From assembly GCA_002405995.1 (NCBI GenBank), contig DHMW01000122.1:21791-84518 (forward strand): DNA of 62,728 nt, given 5' to 3'. A model generated the notes under the pieces. That model did no database searches. It was given only the letters and a program-made list of their open reading frames with translations, and had not been told where the DNA came from. Shown here piece by piece: positions 55,791 to 62,728 of the stretch (positions are counted from its first letter, which is position 1; each line of letters starts with the position of its first letter). Made by a program: the position numbers and the translations under genes. This DNA is from Oscillospiraceae bacterium UBA4632 (GTDB lineage: Bacteria; Bacillota; Clostridia; Oscillospirales; Oscillospiraceae).

Positions 55791-55925
55791 ATGATGGCTA
55801 TGCTCTGGGCGCAGCAGATCATGCTGGGCAAGAAGACCTATGCGCAGGTTCCCCGTCTGCTCAAGGCCAAGGTCAAGGAAATCCTGATCGACAGCGGCAT
55901 GGATGAACTCGTCACCGAGGAATAA
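55791..55925 (+). CDS. CD1375/XkdX-like small protein
   Basis: MMAMLWAQQIMLGKKTYAQVPRLLKAKVKEIL; SD AAGGAGGT. Confidence 0.7.
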   Translation: MMAMLWAQQIMLGKKTYAQVPRLLKAKVKEILIDSGMDELVTEE

Positions 55926-56004
55926 CGCATAGCGTTATATTCTTCCGCTGCGGCGATCCGCCGCTCCCTCTTTGGTATAATCTACGCCGAGAGGGGGCGG
56001 TGGA

Positions 56005-56199
56005 TTGTCCAACCTGCAAATTATCGAAGCACTATGCAAACTGGTCGAGCAGCAGTCACAGCTTATCCGCAAACTGGCTTTCGCGCTGGAGGAGGCCGAC
56101 TGTTTGACCGCGGAGGAGCGGCGAGCGGTACAGGAATCGCAGAATGCATATTCCGCGATCCTCGGTGCCGACGAAGTTCCCGACAACCTGAGCGAGTAA
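56005..56199 (+). CDS. Hypothetical protein
   Basis: TTG start; MSNLQIIEALCKLVEQQ; followed by a terminator. Confidence 0.5.
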   Translation: MSNLQIIEALCKLVEQQSQLIRKLAFALEEADCLTAEERRAVQESQNAYSAILGADEVPDNLSE

Positions 56200-56207
56200 A
56201 TCAAAAC

Positions 56208-56240
56208 GAAAGCAGTACCGTTTCGGCGGTACTGCTTTTT
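56208..56240 (+). terminator. Intrinsic terminator
   Basis: AAAGCAGTACCG-TTTCGG-CGGTACTGCTTTTT. Confidence 0.7.
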
Positions 56241-56256
56241 CGTTGGAAAGGCAATT

Positions 56257-56382
56257 ATGGAAGATTACTGTGTATGCTGCGGCGCTCCCGTGCCGGAGGG
56301 ACGGCAGGTCTGCCCGATCTGCGAAGCAAAGGCGGGGGTACTCGAAAAAGGAGGCGGTCCCGATGGGAAGCATTACGCTTGA
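56257..56382 (+). CDS. 41-aa Zn-ribbon micro-protein
   Basis: MEDYCVCCGAPVPEGRQVCPICEAK...; SD GGAAAGG; below the ORF-track cut-off. Confidence 0.5.
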   Translation: MEDYCVCCGAPVPEGRQVCPICEAKAGVLEKGGGPDGKHYA

Positions 56383-56713
56383 TGTCGGCCAGCTTGTTTT
56401 GGCCTTTATCGCCGCGATGGGCATTCCGTCGGCAATCATGGGGATTGTCGTCTGGAAACTGGAGCGGCGCATCTCCAAGCAGGAGAAGGACGTGGAGGAC
56501 CGGGAGGACGCGCGCGAAGCGATGCTCCTGCTGGTGATTCAGTCCAGCTCCGCCGCCATTGCGCTGGGCGAAGCAACCGCGAAAGCGGTGCAGCGCATCC
56601 CCGACGCCCATTGCAACGGCGATATGCACGCGGCCTTGGACTACGCGGCCAAGGTCAAGCACGAGCAGAAAGATTTTCTGTCAAAACAGGGCGTTCACGC
56701 CCTCTGGGACTAA
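56363..56713 (+). CDS. Lysis-module membrane protein (holin-like)
   Basis: N-terminal TM, coiled coil, HCNGDMHAAL; SD AAGGAGG. Confidence 0.6.
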   Translation: MGSITLDVGQLVLAFIAAMGIPSAIMGIVVWKLERRISKQEKDVEDREDAREAMLLLVIQSSSAAIALGEATAKAVQRIPDAHCNGDMHAALDYAAKVKHEQKDFLSKQGVHALWD

Positions 56714-56725
56714 GGAGGATATTTT

Positions 56726-57070
56726 ATGCAGTTCAACATCACCCCTGTCGTTGAGGCCGTCGCGGCGCTCATCGCCGCCGTTGTCACGGCATTCGTTGTG
56801 CCGTACATCAAGAGCCGCACCACCACCAATCAGCAGCAGCAGATCAATGCGTGGGTGCGCATTGCCGTCACGGCCGCCGAACAGATCTATGCCGGCAGCG
56901 GCCGCGGCGAGGAGAAGAAAGCCTACGTCATCGACTGGCTGCGCAAGCACGGCGTCACCGTCGATGAAAGCAAGCTCGATGCACTGATCGAAGCCGCCGT
57001 GTTTGAACTTAATAAGGGGCTGCTCACGATCGGTGAAGTTGTGGAGCCTGCCGTCGGCACCACACCCTGA
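56726..57070 (+). CDS. Holin (LL-H-like)
   Basis: TM + WVRIAVTAAEQIY...GEEKKAYV...IEAAVFEL. Confidence 0.85.
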   Translation: MQFNITPVVEAVAALIAAVVTAFVVPYIKSRTTTNQQQQINAWVRIAVTAAEQIYAGSGRGEEKKAYVIDWLRKHGVTVDESKLDALIEAAVFELNKGLLTIGEVVEPAVGTTP

Positions 57071-57084
57071 CGGGAGGGCGCGCT

Positions 57085-57861
57085 ATGAGTAACAGCCCCC
57101 TCGTAAATTACACCAAACTCAGCCCGAACCATTCCGGCAAGCGCAATCATGTGATTGACACAATCAGCATTCATTGCATGGCCGGTAACCTGAGCGTGGA
57201 GAGCTGCGGCGATCTGTTCGCCAATTCGGCACGGAAAGCCAGCAGCAACTACGGTATCGGCAGCGACGGGCGCATCGGCCTTTATGTCGATGAAGCCAAT
57301 CGGAGCTGGTGTACGTCCAGCGGCAGCAATGATAACCGCGCTGTGACCATCGAAGTGGCCAACTGCGCCATCGGCGAGCCGTGGCCCATCACGGACGCGG
57401 CCTATAAGTCCCTCATTGACCTGCTGGTGGATATCTGCCAGCGCAACGGCATCAAGAGCCTGCTCTGGCGCGGGGATAAGTCGCTGATCGGACAGGTCGA
57501 TAAACAGAACATGACCGTGCATCGGTGGTTCGCCAATAAGTCCTGCCCCGGCAACTGGCTGTATGAGCATCACGGCCAGATCGCGGCAGACGTCAATGCC
57601 CGGCTGGGTGCAGCCGGAGAAACGGAGGATGAAGATATGGATGTCGTAAAGTTCAAGGAGCTGTGGCGCGAAATGCGCAAGGAGCTTCAGGACAACGACG
57701 CTTCCGCCTACTCGGAGGAAGCGCGCAAGTGGGCCGTTGAGAACGGCATCGTTCAGGGCAGCAGCTCCGGCGAGTTCAACGGTATGTGGGAGGACATGAT
57801 GACGCGCGAGCAGCTCGTGACCGTCCTCTACCGCTTCGCCAAGAAGTTCGGCCTGGTCTGA
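57085..57861 (+). CDS. Endolysin, N-acetylmuramoyl-L-alanine amidase (Amidase_2) with SLH-like tail
   Basis: SIHCMAG, SSNYGIG.DG, TIEVAN, HRWFANKSCPG; C-terminal WAVENGIVQG...TREQLVTVLYR. Confidence 0.92.
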   Translation: MSNSPLVNYTKLSPNHSGKRNHVIDTISIHCMAGNLSVESCGDLFANSARKASSNYGIGSDGRIGLYVDEANRSWCTSSGSNDNRAVTIEVANCAIGEPWPITDAAYKSLIDLLVDICQRNGIKSLLWRGDKSLIGQVDKQNMTVHRWFANKSCPGNWLYEHHGQIAADVNARLGAAGETEDEDMDVVKFKELWREMRKELQDNDASAYSEEARKWAVENGIVQGSSSGEFNGMWEDMMTREQLVTVLYRFAKKFGLV

Positions 57862-58190
57862 TGGCGCAGCATAGGCGCAAGCGCAAATCCGCGAAGAAGC
57901 GCAAGGTCGAGTGGAGCAAGGTCGTGTGCCTGCTGGCCATCCTCGCCGGTTTCATCATCGTGCAGGAATGCCTGGTCCTCATGTACCTGTGCATCAAGAG
58001 CGGCTATACTGCCACCGCCGCATGGCTGACTGCGGCAACCGGCGTCGGTGAGGCGGTCATCATCGCTGGCGCGAACGGCTATCTATCCCTCGCCAAGTCT
58101 GACCACAAACGCGGCGGCATCACCTTTGAATCTGCCAAGGCCAAAGACTTCCGGCAGGACGATGACAACATCGACAGCCCCGCAATCTAA
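57861..58190 (+). CDS. Two-TM membrane protein after the endolysin
   Basis: Basic N-terminus, EWSK, two hydrophobic helices. Confidence 0.6.
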   Translation: MAQHRRKRKSAKKRKVEWSKVVCLLAILAGFIIVQECLVLMYLCIKSGYTATAAWLTAATGVGEAVIIAGANGYLSLAKSDHKRGGITFESAKAKDFRQDDDNIDSPAI

Positions 58191-58223
58191 ATCAATAAGC
58201 AAAGTGTTTGCAAAACCGTTTGC

Positions 58224-58270
58224 AAAAAGCCCCCTCGCAGGATTTTACCGTCCTGTCGAGGGGGCTTTTT
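58224..58270. terminator. Bidirectional terminator ending the late operon
   Basis: AAAAAGCCCCCTCG...CGAGGGGGCTTTTT between convergent genes. Confidence 0.75.
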
Positions 58271-58405
58271 CTGTTTTCTGCGTAAATCGCGTTTCCGTGG
58301 TGCAGGAGCGCTTTTCACATTTGGGTGGGCGTCTACCCTCCCGTGCCGCAAAGGCGGCGTTGCAACTCGCCTACGGCGGCGAGAGAGGGCTTGCGCGCGG
58401 CGCGA

Positions 58406-58984
58406 TTACTTATCGCTGAGCGTGATGCGGATTGTCTGCTGTGATGTGCTGACGGTAATCTCGCCACTTTGCAGCAGACGGCCAATTTCCGAGACGCTGA
58501 CGGACAGGTAGACAACGCCGCCTGCTTTTGCGCTTTCATCGGCGAGAAAATCGTCTACGGAGAGGCCAAGCGCTTGTGCTATCTTACTGAGTTGATCAAT
58601 TCGTGGTCGCTTTGTAATTCCGCGTTCGTACTGTTGGAGCGTTATAACGGGAACTCCTGCCATTTCCGCAAGATTTTTTTGACTGATGTCCCGCCGCTCC
58701 CGTTCGGCGCGGATTCGCTTGCCAATTTCTTTGGAATGATCTTCGTTGGTATCGCTGGTATGCAAGAGATCGTCTACCGAGATATTGAGAGCATGCGCCA
58801 GTTTTATAAGCTGGTCTGTCCGAGGCGACGATCTCGCGCCGCGCTCATATTGCCGCAATGTGAAAATCGAAACGCCTGCGCGGTCGGCTAATTCTTCCTG
58901 AGTCAAATTCTGCTCTTTTCGATAAAAGCGTATTTTGTCTCCAACTCCAGCAGACGCGGTTTTAGGTGTCCAATCTCTGCTCAC
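58406..58984 (-). CDS. Tandem double XRE-HTH protein
   Basis: Two homologous HTH units (LTQEELADRAGVSIFTLRQYERG / ISQKNLAEMAGVPVITLQQYERG). Confidence 0.8.
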   Translation of the reverse strand: MSRDWTPKTASAGVGDKIRFYRKEQNLTQEELADRAGVSIFTLRQYERGARSSPRTDQLIKLAHALNISVDDLLHTSDTNEDHSKEIGKRIRAERERRDISQKNLAEMAGVPVITLQQYERGITKRPRIDQLSKIAQALGLSVDDFLADESAKAGGVVYLSVSVSEIGRLLQSGEITVSTSQQTIRITLSDK

Positions 58985-59451
58985 AGGTATTTTCTCCCTT
59001 CTTCATCGTCCACGGTAAAGTGATAACCCTCGGTCAAAAGCACAGTCCCTTTGACCGGCGCGTGAATCATGACGGTTCGGCGACCAATGTAATCTGCCGG
59101 AATTTCGCCGCGCTCAGCCATATCCCGGAAGTAGGGACAATCATTCCAGCGGTCGGTGTACTGCTCGCGCGCCCACTCTGCGGCAGTATAGTGCTTTTTA
59201 TGCCCCCACAGTTCAGGGGACTGCACGATGACCCACGCCGTCAATGGAGTACGGCTGTCCGCCATATCCTCCATTGCTTCTGTCATGCCGCAGGCGTCGC
59301 AGATGTGAACCGCCGCCCGGCGGCTCAGGGCGTTGCGCGTGACGTTCTCTGCATTCATCGTCATTCGCCCGCAGCGGGGGCAAGCAAAATGCCCGCCCTG
59401 CTGCTTTTCTGCAAAACGCTCTATCAGCGTCCTGGCTTCGTTCTCGTTCAT
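58981..59451 (-). CDS. Hypothetical Zn-finger protein
   Basis: ATG 59451 after GAAAGGA; CPRCG...NALSR...ICDACG..EA. Confidence 0.65.
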   Translation of the reverse strand: MNENEARTLIERFAEKQQGGHFACPRCGRMTMNAENVTRNALSRRAAVHICDACGMTEAMEDMADSRTPLTAWVIVQSPELWGHKKHYTAAEWAREQYTDRWNDCPYFRDMAERGEIPADYIGRRTVMIHAPVKGTVLLTEGYHFTVDDEEGRKYL

Positions 59452-59494
59452 GGCTTGTCCTTTCTCCCCGTCGCGCCGATAGGCCAGCCTTGAT

Positions 59495-59650
59495 TTACAG
59501 TTTGCAGAGGTCTTTGAAGTCGTTGGCAATATTTTCGATGACCTGGGCGGCGCTGTAGTAACGGGTCGGGTTGTCCTGCTTGGCAGCGTCCACGAGCATC
59601 GAAAGAAATTCTTCCGCGTCCATGCGGTCGATGATGATTTTGTCGTTCAT
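59495..59650 (-). CDS. 51-aa hypothetical protein
   Basis: MNDKIIIDRMDAEEFLSMLVDAAKQDNPTRYYSAAQVIENIANDFKDLCKL; fills the gap in the operon. Confidence 0.5.
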   Translation of the reverse strand: MNDKIIIDRMDAEEFLSMLVDAAKQDNPTRYYSAAQVIENIANDFKDLCKL

Positions 59651-59661
59651 GATGACTTCTC

Positions 59662-59892
59662 TCACTCGATAGCAGCTTCGATGCTGCTGATGGCTTCTTC
59701 CAGATTGTCCACGGAATCGGAGAGGTTGTCGCAGGCCTCGTCTGCCTTTTCATAGCGTTCGCTTTCCTGCATATTCTCCGGGATGTTGTCGCGGTATTCT
59801 TCTTCCTCGGCCAGAAGGTCTTCAAGACTGCCTTTCAGCTCCTCCAGCTGGTCGATGATGGCCTGTAGGTTCTTGCGGCGAATCTTATTCAT
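59662..59892 (-). CDS. Small acidic coiled-coil protein
   Basis: MNKIRRKNL...EEEEYRDNIPENMQESERYE; SD GGAGGA. Confidence 0.7.
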   Translation of the reverse strand: MNKIRRKNLQAIIDQLEELKGSLEDLLAEEEEYRDNIPENMQESERYEKADEACDNLSDSVDNLEEAISSIEAAIE

Positions 59893-60094
59893 CGTTGTTA
59901 TCCTCCCCATAGCCTTCTTCAAAGCGGCCCTCGGTAATGCCGCCGTAGGTGTAGCCGTTGTCAAAGCTCAGATAAATCGGCGTGTCCTCGTCGTACTGCG
60001 AAAGGAAGTCAATCAGCTCGCCGACGGTCATTGTCTCGCGGATTTGGTCGGTACCGTAACCTTCGCGGAAGGTGGAATAAATCAGCTTTTCCAT
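59885..60094 (-). CDS. Small acidic protein
   Basis: MEKLIYSTFREGYG...MTVGELIDFLSQYDEDTPIYLSFDNGYTYG. Confidence 0.65.
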   Translation of the reverse strand: MEKLIYSTFREGYGTDQIRETMTVGELIDFLSQYDEDTPIYLSFDNGYTYGGITEGRFEEGYGEDNNDE

Positions 60095-60100
60095 GATGAA

Positions 60101-60435
60101 CCTTTCTTCCCTCGTAACCTCCGGGGTGGGATATTTGTGCTTTTGATTTTCAGACTGCTCAGATACAAAGATTCTTGTATTCGTCCTCGGTAATTTCAAC
60201 CCCGCAAGAGTTGCAGTCCAGCAGCTCCAGCACGGAGATTAACGCGTCCTCCTTGGTAAATCCAGTCTTGTCTTTCCCGGACTCAACAAAATCACGCCAT
60301 CTTGCGTTGACAAGTGCGGGAATATCCGCTTTTTGCGTTCGGCAGTTACAAAGCCGAGTATAAACGGATTCGGGCAGGTGGTCTGTCCATCTTGACATGT
60401 CATGTCCTTTCTGCCCTCGTGACCTCCGGGGCGGG
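60101..60435 (-). repeat. 30-bp intergenic direct repeat, two copies (60101-60130 and 60406-60435)
   Basis: Minus-strand CCC(A/G)CCCCGGAGGT(T/C)ACGAGGG(A/C)AGAAAGG, 27/30 identical; each copy ends in the SD of the next gene. Confidence 0.8.
60159..60398 (-). CDS. Hypothetical protein
   Basis: 79 aa, bracketed by the two 30-bp repeats. Confidence 0.65.
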   Translation of the reverse strand: MSRWTDHLPESVYTRLCNCRTQKADIPALVNARWRDFVESGKDKTGFTKEDALISVLELLDCNSCGVEITEDEYKNLCI

Positions 60436-60442
60436 CGAAAAC

Positions 60443-61039
60443 TTAGCAGGTGTAGAAGCAGAGCTGGCCGTTGATAAACTCGTACATGAAGAAAGCACAG
60501 TCAAAGCGGATGTAGTTCCAGTCGGTAGATTCGTACATGGGCGCACGGTCGAAGGTGCCAGCCACTCGAAGGAGGCGGTGCTTGTTGACCTCGTAGGTAT
60601 TCACCTCGTGCAGAATTGTGATTTTCTCAGGGGCAAAGCCGCATTCATCCGCGATAAACTTCTTGGCTTCTTCGTCGGACATGACCTGCCCGCAGTTGGC
60701 AAGGTGCTCATAGCGTTCCTGCGTCATGTTCGTGCCGGTGCCGTCGCTGGGCTTCCATTCAAGCTCACGGTCCAGATCTGCGGTCAGCTCGTCAATCTTC
60801 TTCTCGCGCTCGGCGATATCCTTCACGTACCGCTTGTCGCTCTCCAGCAGCAGGCTGTTCAAACACTCAATCTCGGTAGCTCTGGCCTTGCAGATTTCCC
60901 GCGCCCCGCCGTCCTTGACAAAGGCTTTGCAGAAGGCATCTTTGTCGCCGTCGAATTTGTAATAGGCTTCCTCGATTTTGGCATATTCTTTGGCGGTCGG
61001 TTCAAAACCTGTGCGGGTGATAAATTCGGACATCATCAT
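60443..61039 (-). CDS. Hypothetical phage protein
   Basis: MMMSEFITRTGFEPT..EY..IEEAYY.FDGDKDAFCK; SD AAGGAGG. Confidence 0.7.
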   Translation of the reverse strand: MMMSEFITRTGFEPTAKEYAKIEEAYYKFDGDKDAFCKAFVKDGGAREICKARATEIECLNSLLLESDKRYVKDIAEREKKIDELTADLDRELEWKPSDGTGTNMTQERYEHLANCGQVMSDEEAKKFIADECGFAPEKITILHEVNTYEVNKHRLLRVAGTFDRAPMYESTDWNYIRFDCAFFMYEFINGQLCFYTC

Positions 61040-61161
61040 TTTGTGTTCCTCCTTGATATTTCTGCCTTACTCGGTTATAATCAAGGCGGCCGGGGTAAGG
61101 CTCCCGGCTCGCCTTTCGGGGTGGAAGTAGCGGCTGCTGTGGTAGGTGGGCCGCTACTTTT

Positions 61162-61278
61162 TTATGCCTTGACCTTGCTATCTCGCACGATCTTCGCGGC
61201 GGCAGCCGGGTCATCGGCGGTTGCTTCAATCAGCTTTGCGATGTTCTCTAAGAACTGATTGAGCTCGGCGGTTGTCAT
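61162..61278 (-). CDS. 38-aa first ORF of the accessory operon
   Basis: MTTAELNQFLENIAKLIEATADDPAAAAKIVRDSKVKA; SD AAGGAAGTGAGG; followed by a hairpin at 61126-61163. Confidence 0.55.
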   Translation of the reverse strand: MTTAELNQFLENIAKLIEATADDPAAAAKIVRDSKVKA

Positions 61279-61337
61279 CTCGTCCAAGTCCTCACTTCCT
61301 TTCGTAAGAGGTTGTTCACCTCTGCCTTACGAGTATT

Positions 61338-61437
61338 ATTATAAAGGATTTCCTTTCAAATGTCAACCCTTTTCTTTAATGTTTTCCTGTAAATTTGAAA
61401 ATTTTTATTTGACATCAGAAAGGTTTTCGTTTATATT
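61338..61437. promoter_or_regulatory. Second divergent promoter pair with palindromic operators
   Basis: Minus: TTGACA (61366-61361), 17 bp, TATAAT (61343-61338). Plus: TTGACA (61409), 17 bp, TATATT. AAAGGA-TT-TCCTTT and AAAGGT-TT-TCGTTT lie in the two spacers. Confidence 0.8.
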
Positions 61438-61456
61438 ATGCTCAGGAGGTGTGCAT

Positions 61457-61666
61457 ATGGATATTTCGACAAAGATCAAGCTTGCAGAAACCTATGCGAA
61501 AATGAGCGAAGCCGAACTTGCCCGCAAAATGGGGACGACTTCTCAGGCCCTTGGCCAGCGCATCAAGACGGGAAAGTTTTCGTCTGCCGATCTTGACGCA
61601 ATCGCTTCCGCGCTTGGAGCGGAATTTGTTTGCCATTTCAGATTCCCCGATGGGACCGAGATTTAG
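61457..61666 (+). CDS. Small HTH repressor
   Basis: MSEAELARKMGTTSQALGQRIKTGKFS..DL..IA.ALG; SD AGGAGGT. Confidence 0.8.
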   Translation: MDISTKIKLAETYAKMSEAELARKMGTTSQALGQRIKTGKFSSADLDAIASALGAEFVCHFRFPDGTEI

Positions 61667-61677
61667 GGAGGAGAGCC

Positions 61678-61953
61678 ATGTACGAAGATTTCAAAGAACA
61701 TGGCATTCGCAGGACCATCGTATCTTTTGACCCGTTCCTGACACGGGAAGATGTCCGAGGCCTGACGGATGCGCAGGTCGGCAAAAAATATGGGCTGCCC
61801 ACACAGACAGTCAAGGCCATGCGCCGACACATGGATGTTCCGTTTGAAACAATCCGGATACTTTGCCATCAGCTCGAATGTCAGCCAGGCGACATTTTGA
61901 ACGCCATGGAGGTCTACACGATTCCAGCAAAAGAAAAAGCCCCGGACAGGTGA
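61678..61953 (+). CDS. Cro/C1-type HTH protein
   Basis: VSFDPF...VPFETIRILCHQLECQPGDIL. Confidence 0.7.
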   Translation: MYEDFKEHGIRRTIVSFDPFLTREDVRGLTDAQVGKKYGLPTQTVKAMRRHMDVPFETIRILCHQLECQPGDILNAMEVYTIPAKEKAPDR

Positions 61954-61977
61954 GTGTCCGAGGCTTCGGGAGCAGGC

Positions 61978-62232
61978 CTATCGCTTGCTATGTATGTCTG
62001 CGCCGGTGCGTGATTTGACCCGTATATCCGGATTTTCCTCTCGGACTATCAGATCGGACAATTCGCAGCCCAGCGCCTCGCAGATCAGATCGAGATGCTC
62101 AAGGTTTACCCTCTCCGCAATCTCGTGGTACAGGTCGTTGATCGTGGACGGCCTGATGCCGGTTGCTCTGGCGAGGTCTGCTTGCGTCCAGCGCCTTTCG
62201 CCGAGGCGCGTGGATAGTAAAATCCTAATCAT
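61978..62232 (-). CDS. Cro/C1-type HTH protein
   Basis: LGERRWTQADLARATGIRPSTINDLY...LDLICEALGCELSDL; SD AAAGGAG. Confidence 0.85.
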   Translation of the reverse strand: MIRILLSTRLGERRWTQADLARATGIRPSTINDLYHEIAERVNLEHLDLICEALGCELSDLIVREENPDIRVKSRTGADIHSKR

Positions 62233-62322
62233 ATGCCATGCTCCTTTACGGTAGATTTTACCGTATATTCTACGATTTCGCATGGATTCGGGAGATTATC
62301 ACGGAATCCGGAAGATAATCAC

Positions 62323-62370
62323 AAAAGGGGACTACCGCACACAAAGCCGTGTACGGTAGTCCCCTTTTTT
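62323..62370. terminator. Terminator hairpin near the right prophage end
   Basis: AAAAGGGGACTACCG...CGGTAGTCCCCTTTTTT. Confidence 0.7.
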
Positions 62371-62481
62371 TATGTCTTTTTATGCGCAAGCGGGCAGACC
62401 AGCACGAAGACGCCACTGATCATGTAGACCGCCGGAGCATGACAAAAGCCAGGCGAACCGCTGTGGTTCGTCTGGCTCTGC

Positions 62482-62490
62482 TTTGGTGGA
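62482..62490. repeat. att core, right junction (TTTGGTGGA)
   Basis: Overlaps the tmRNA 3' terminus (UCCACCA); identical to 900-908. Confidence 0.8.
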
Positions 62491-62728
62491 GGCGGCGGGA
62501 GTCGAACCCGCGTCCGAAAGCACTTTAGCAGGACTTTCTCCGGGCGCAGTCAGGATTTAAGCATTCCCTCCGCGTAAGGACACCTGACGGACCTTGCGTT
62601 TCAGTAGAGTCATGATGCGTGGGCAGGTCAACTCTTTCCCGCCTCACGGACGCCACGTTCACGACGCCTTCCCCGGTCCGTGGCCTTCCCGGTTCAGACG
62701 GCTGCCTTAATTAGGCAGCGACAGCAAC
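62484..62728 (-). ncRNA. ssrA: tmRNA, 3' portion (5' end outside the window)
   Basis: Minus strand ends ...GGACGCGGGTTCGACTCCCGCCGCCTCCACCA (T-arm, acceptor, CCA). The window edge reads GTT GCT GTC GCT GCC TAA = VAVAA-stop, a proteolysis-tag ending. Confidence 0.93.

Larger units (their letters stand above)
900..62490. mobile_element. Prophage (lambda-like head, P2-like contractile tail) integrated at the ssrA 3' end
   Basis: Full set of lysogeny, replication, packaging, head, tail and lysis modules, bounded by the direct repeat TTTGGTGGA at 900-908 and 62482-62490. The right copy is the tmRNA 3' end. Confidence 0.93.

Noticed and set aside
62484..62560. tRNA gene at the right end
   Set aside because: Only the T-arm and acceptor half are tRNA-like, and the upstream sequence encodes a VAVAA-stop tag, so it is tmRNA.

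Overview
Almost the whole window (about 900-62490) is one apparently complete temperate prophage of a high-GC Firmicute (Clostridia-like host, inferred from gene content and Shine-Dalgarno usage). It is integrated at the 3' end of the tmRNA gene (ssrA, minus strand, right edge) by a large serine recombinase whose own C-terminus is cut by the att site. Gene order: integrase, CI/Cro switch, recombination/replication genes, late activator, a transporter + ParB + IbrAB-like module, putative cos site, HNH nuclease, lambda-like head (gpA terminase, portal, ClpP, D, E), P2-like contractile tail, a tail-fibre region, lysis genes, and a separately regulated accessory operon. The most striking item sits inside the tail-fibre region: a tightly coupled three-gene radical-SAM peptide-modification (RiPP-like, CXXX-repeat type) cassette made of a 436-aa protein with about 83 cysteines in CXXX/CXX repeats, a 102-aa accessory protein and a SPASM-type radical SAM enzyme. 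Directly downstream is a 1771-aa protein (CotH-kinase-like motifs, LRR-like and Flg_new-like segments) that is the target of a complete diversity-generating retroelement (VR, hairpin, avd, TR, RT; 17 VR/TR differences, all at TR adenines). Other signals: a GTTGCAAC palindrome scattered at least 12 times through the phage, an origin-like iteron block displaced from the initiator gene, a twice-repeated two-hairpin RNA motif in late leaders, a -1 tail-chaperone frameshift, and a repeat-punctuated candidate anti-defence operon. All family assignments come from motif recognition by eye and recalled knowledge; no searches were run.
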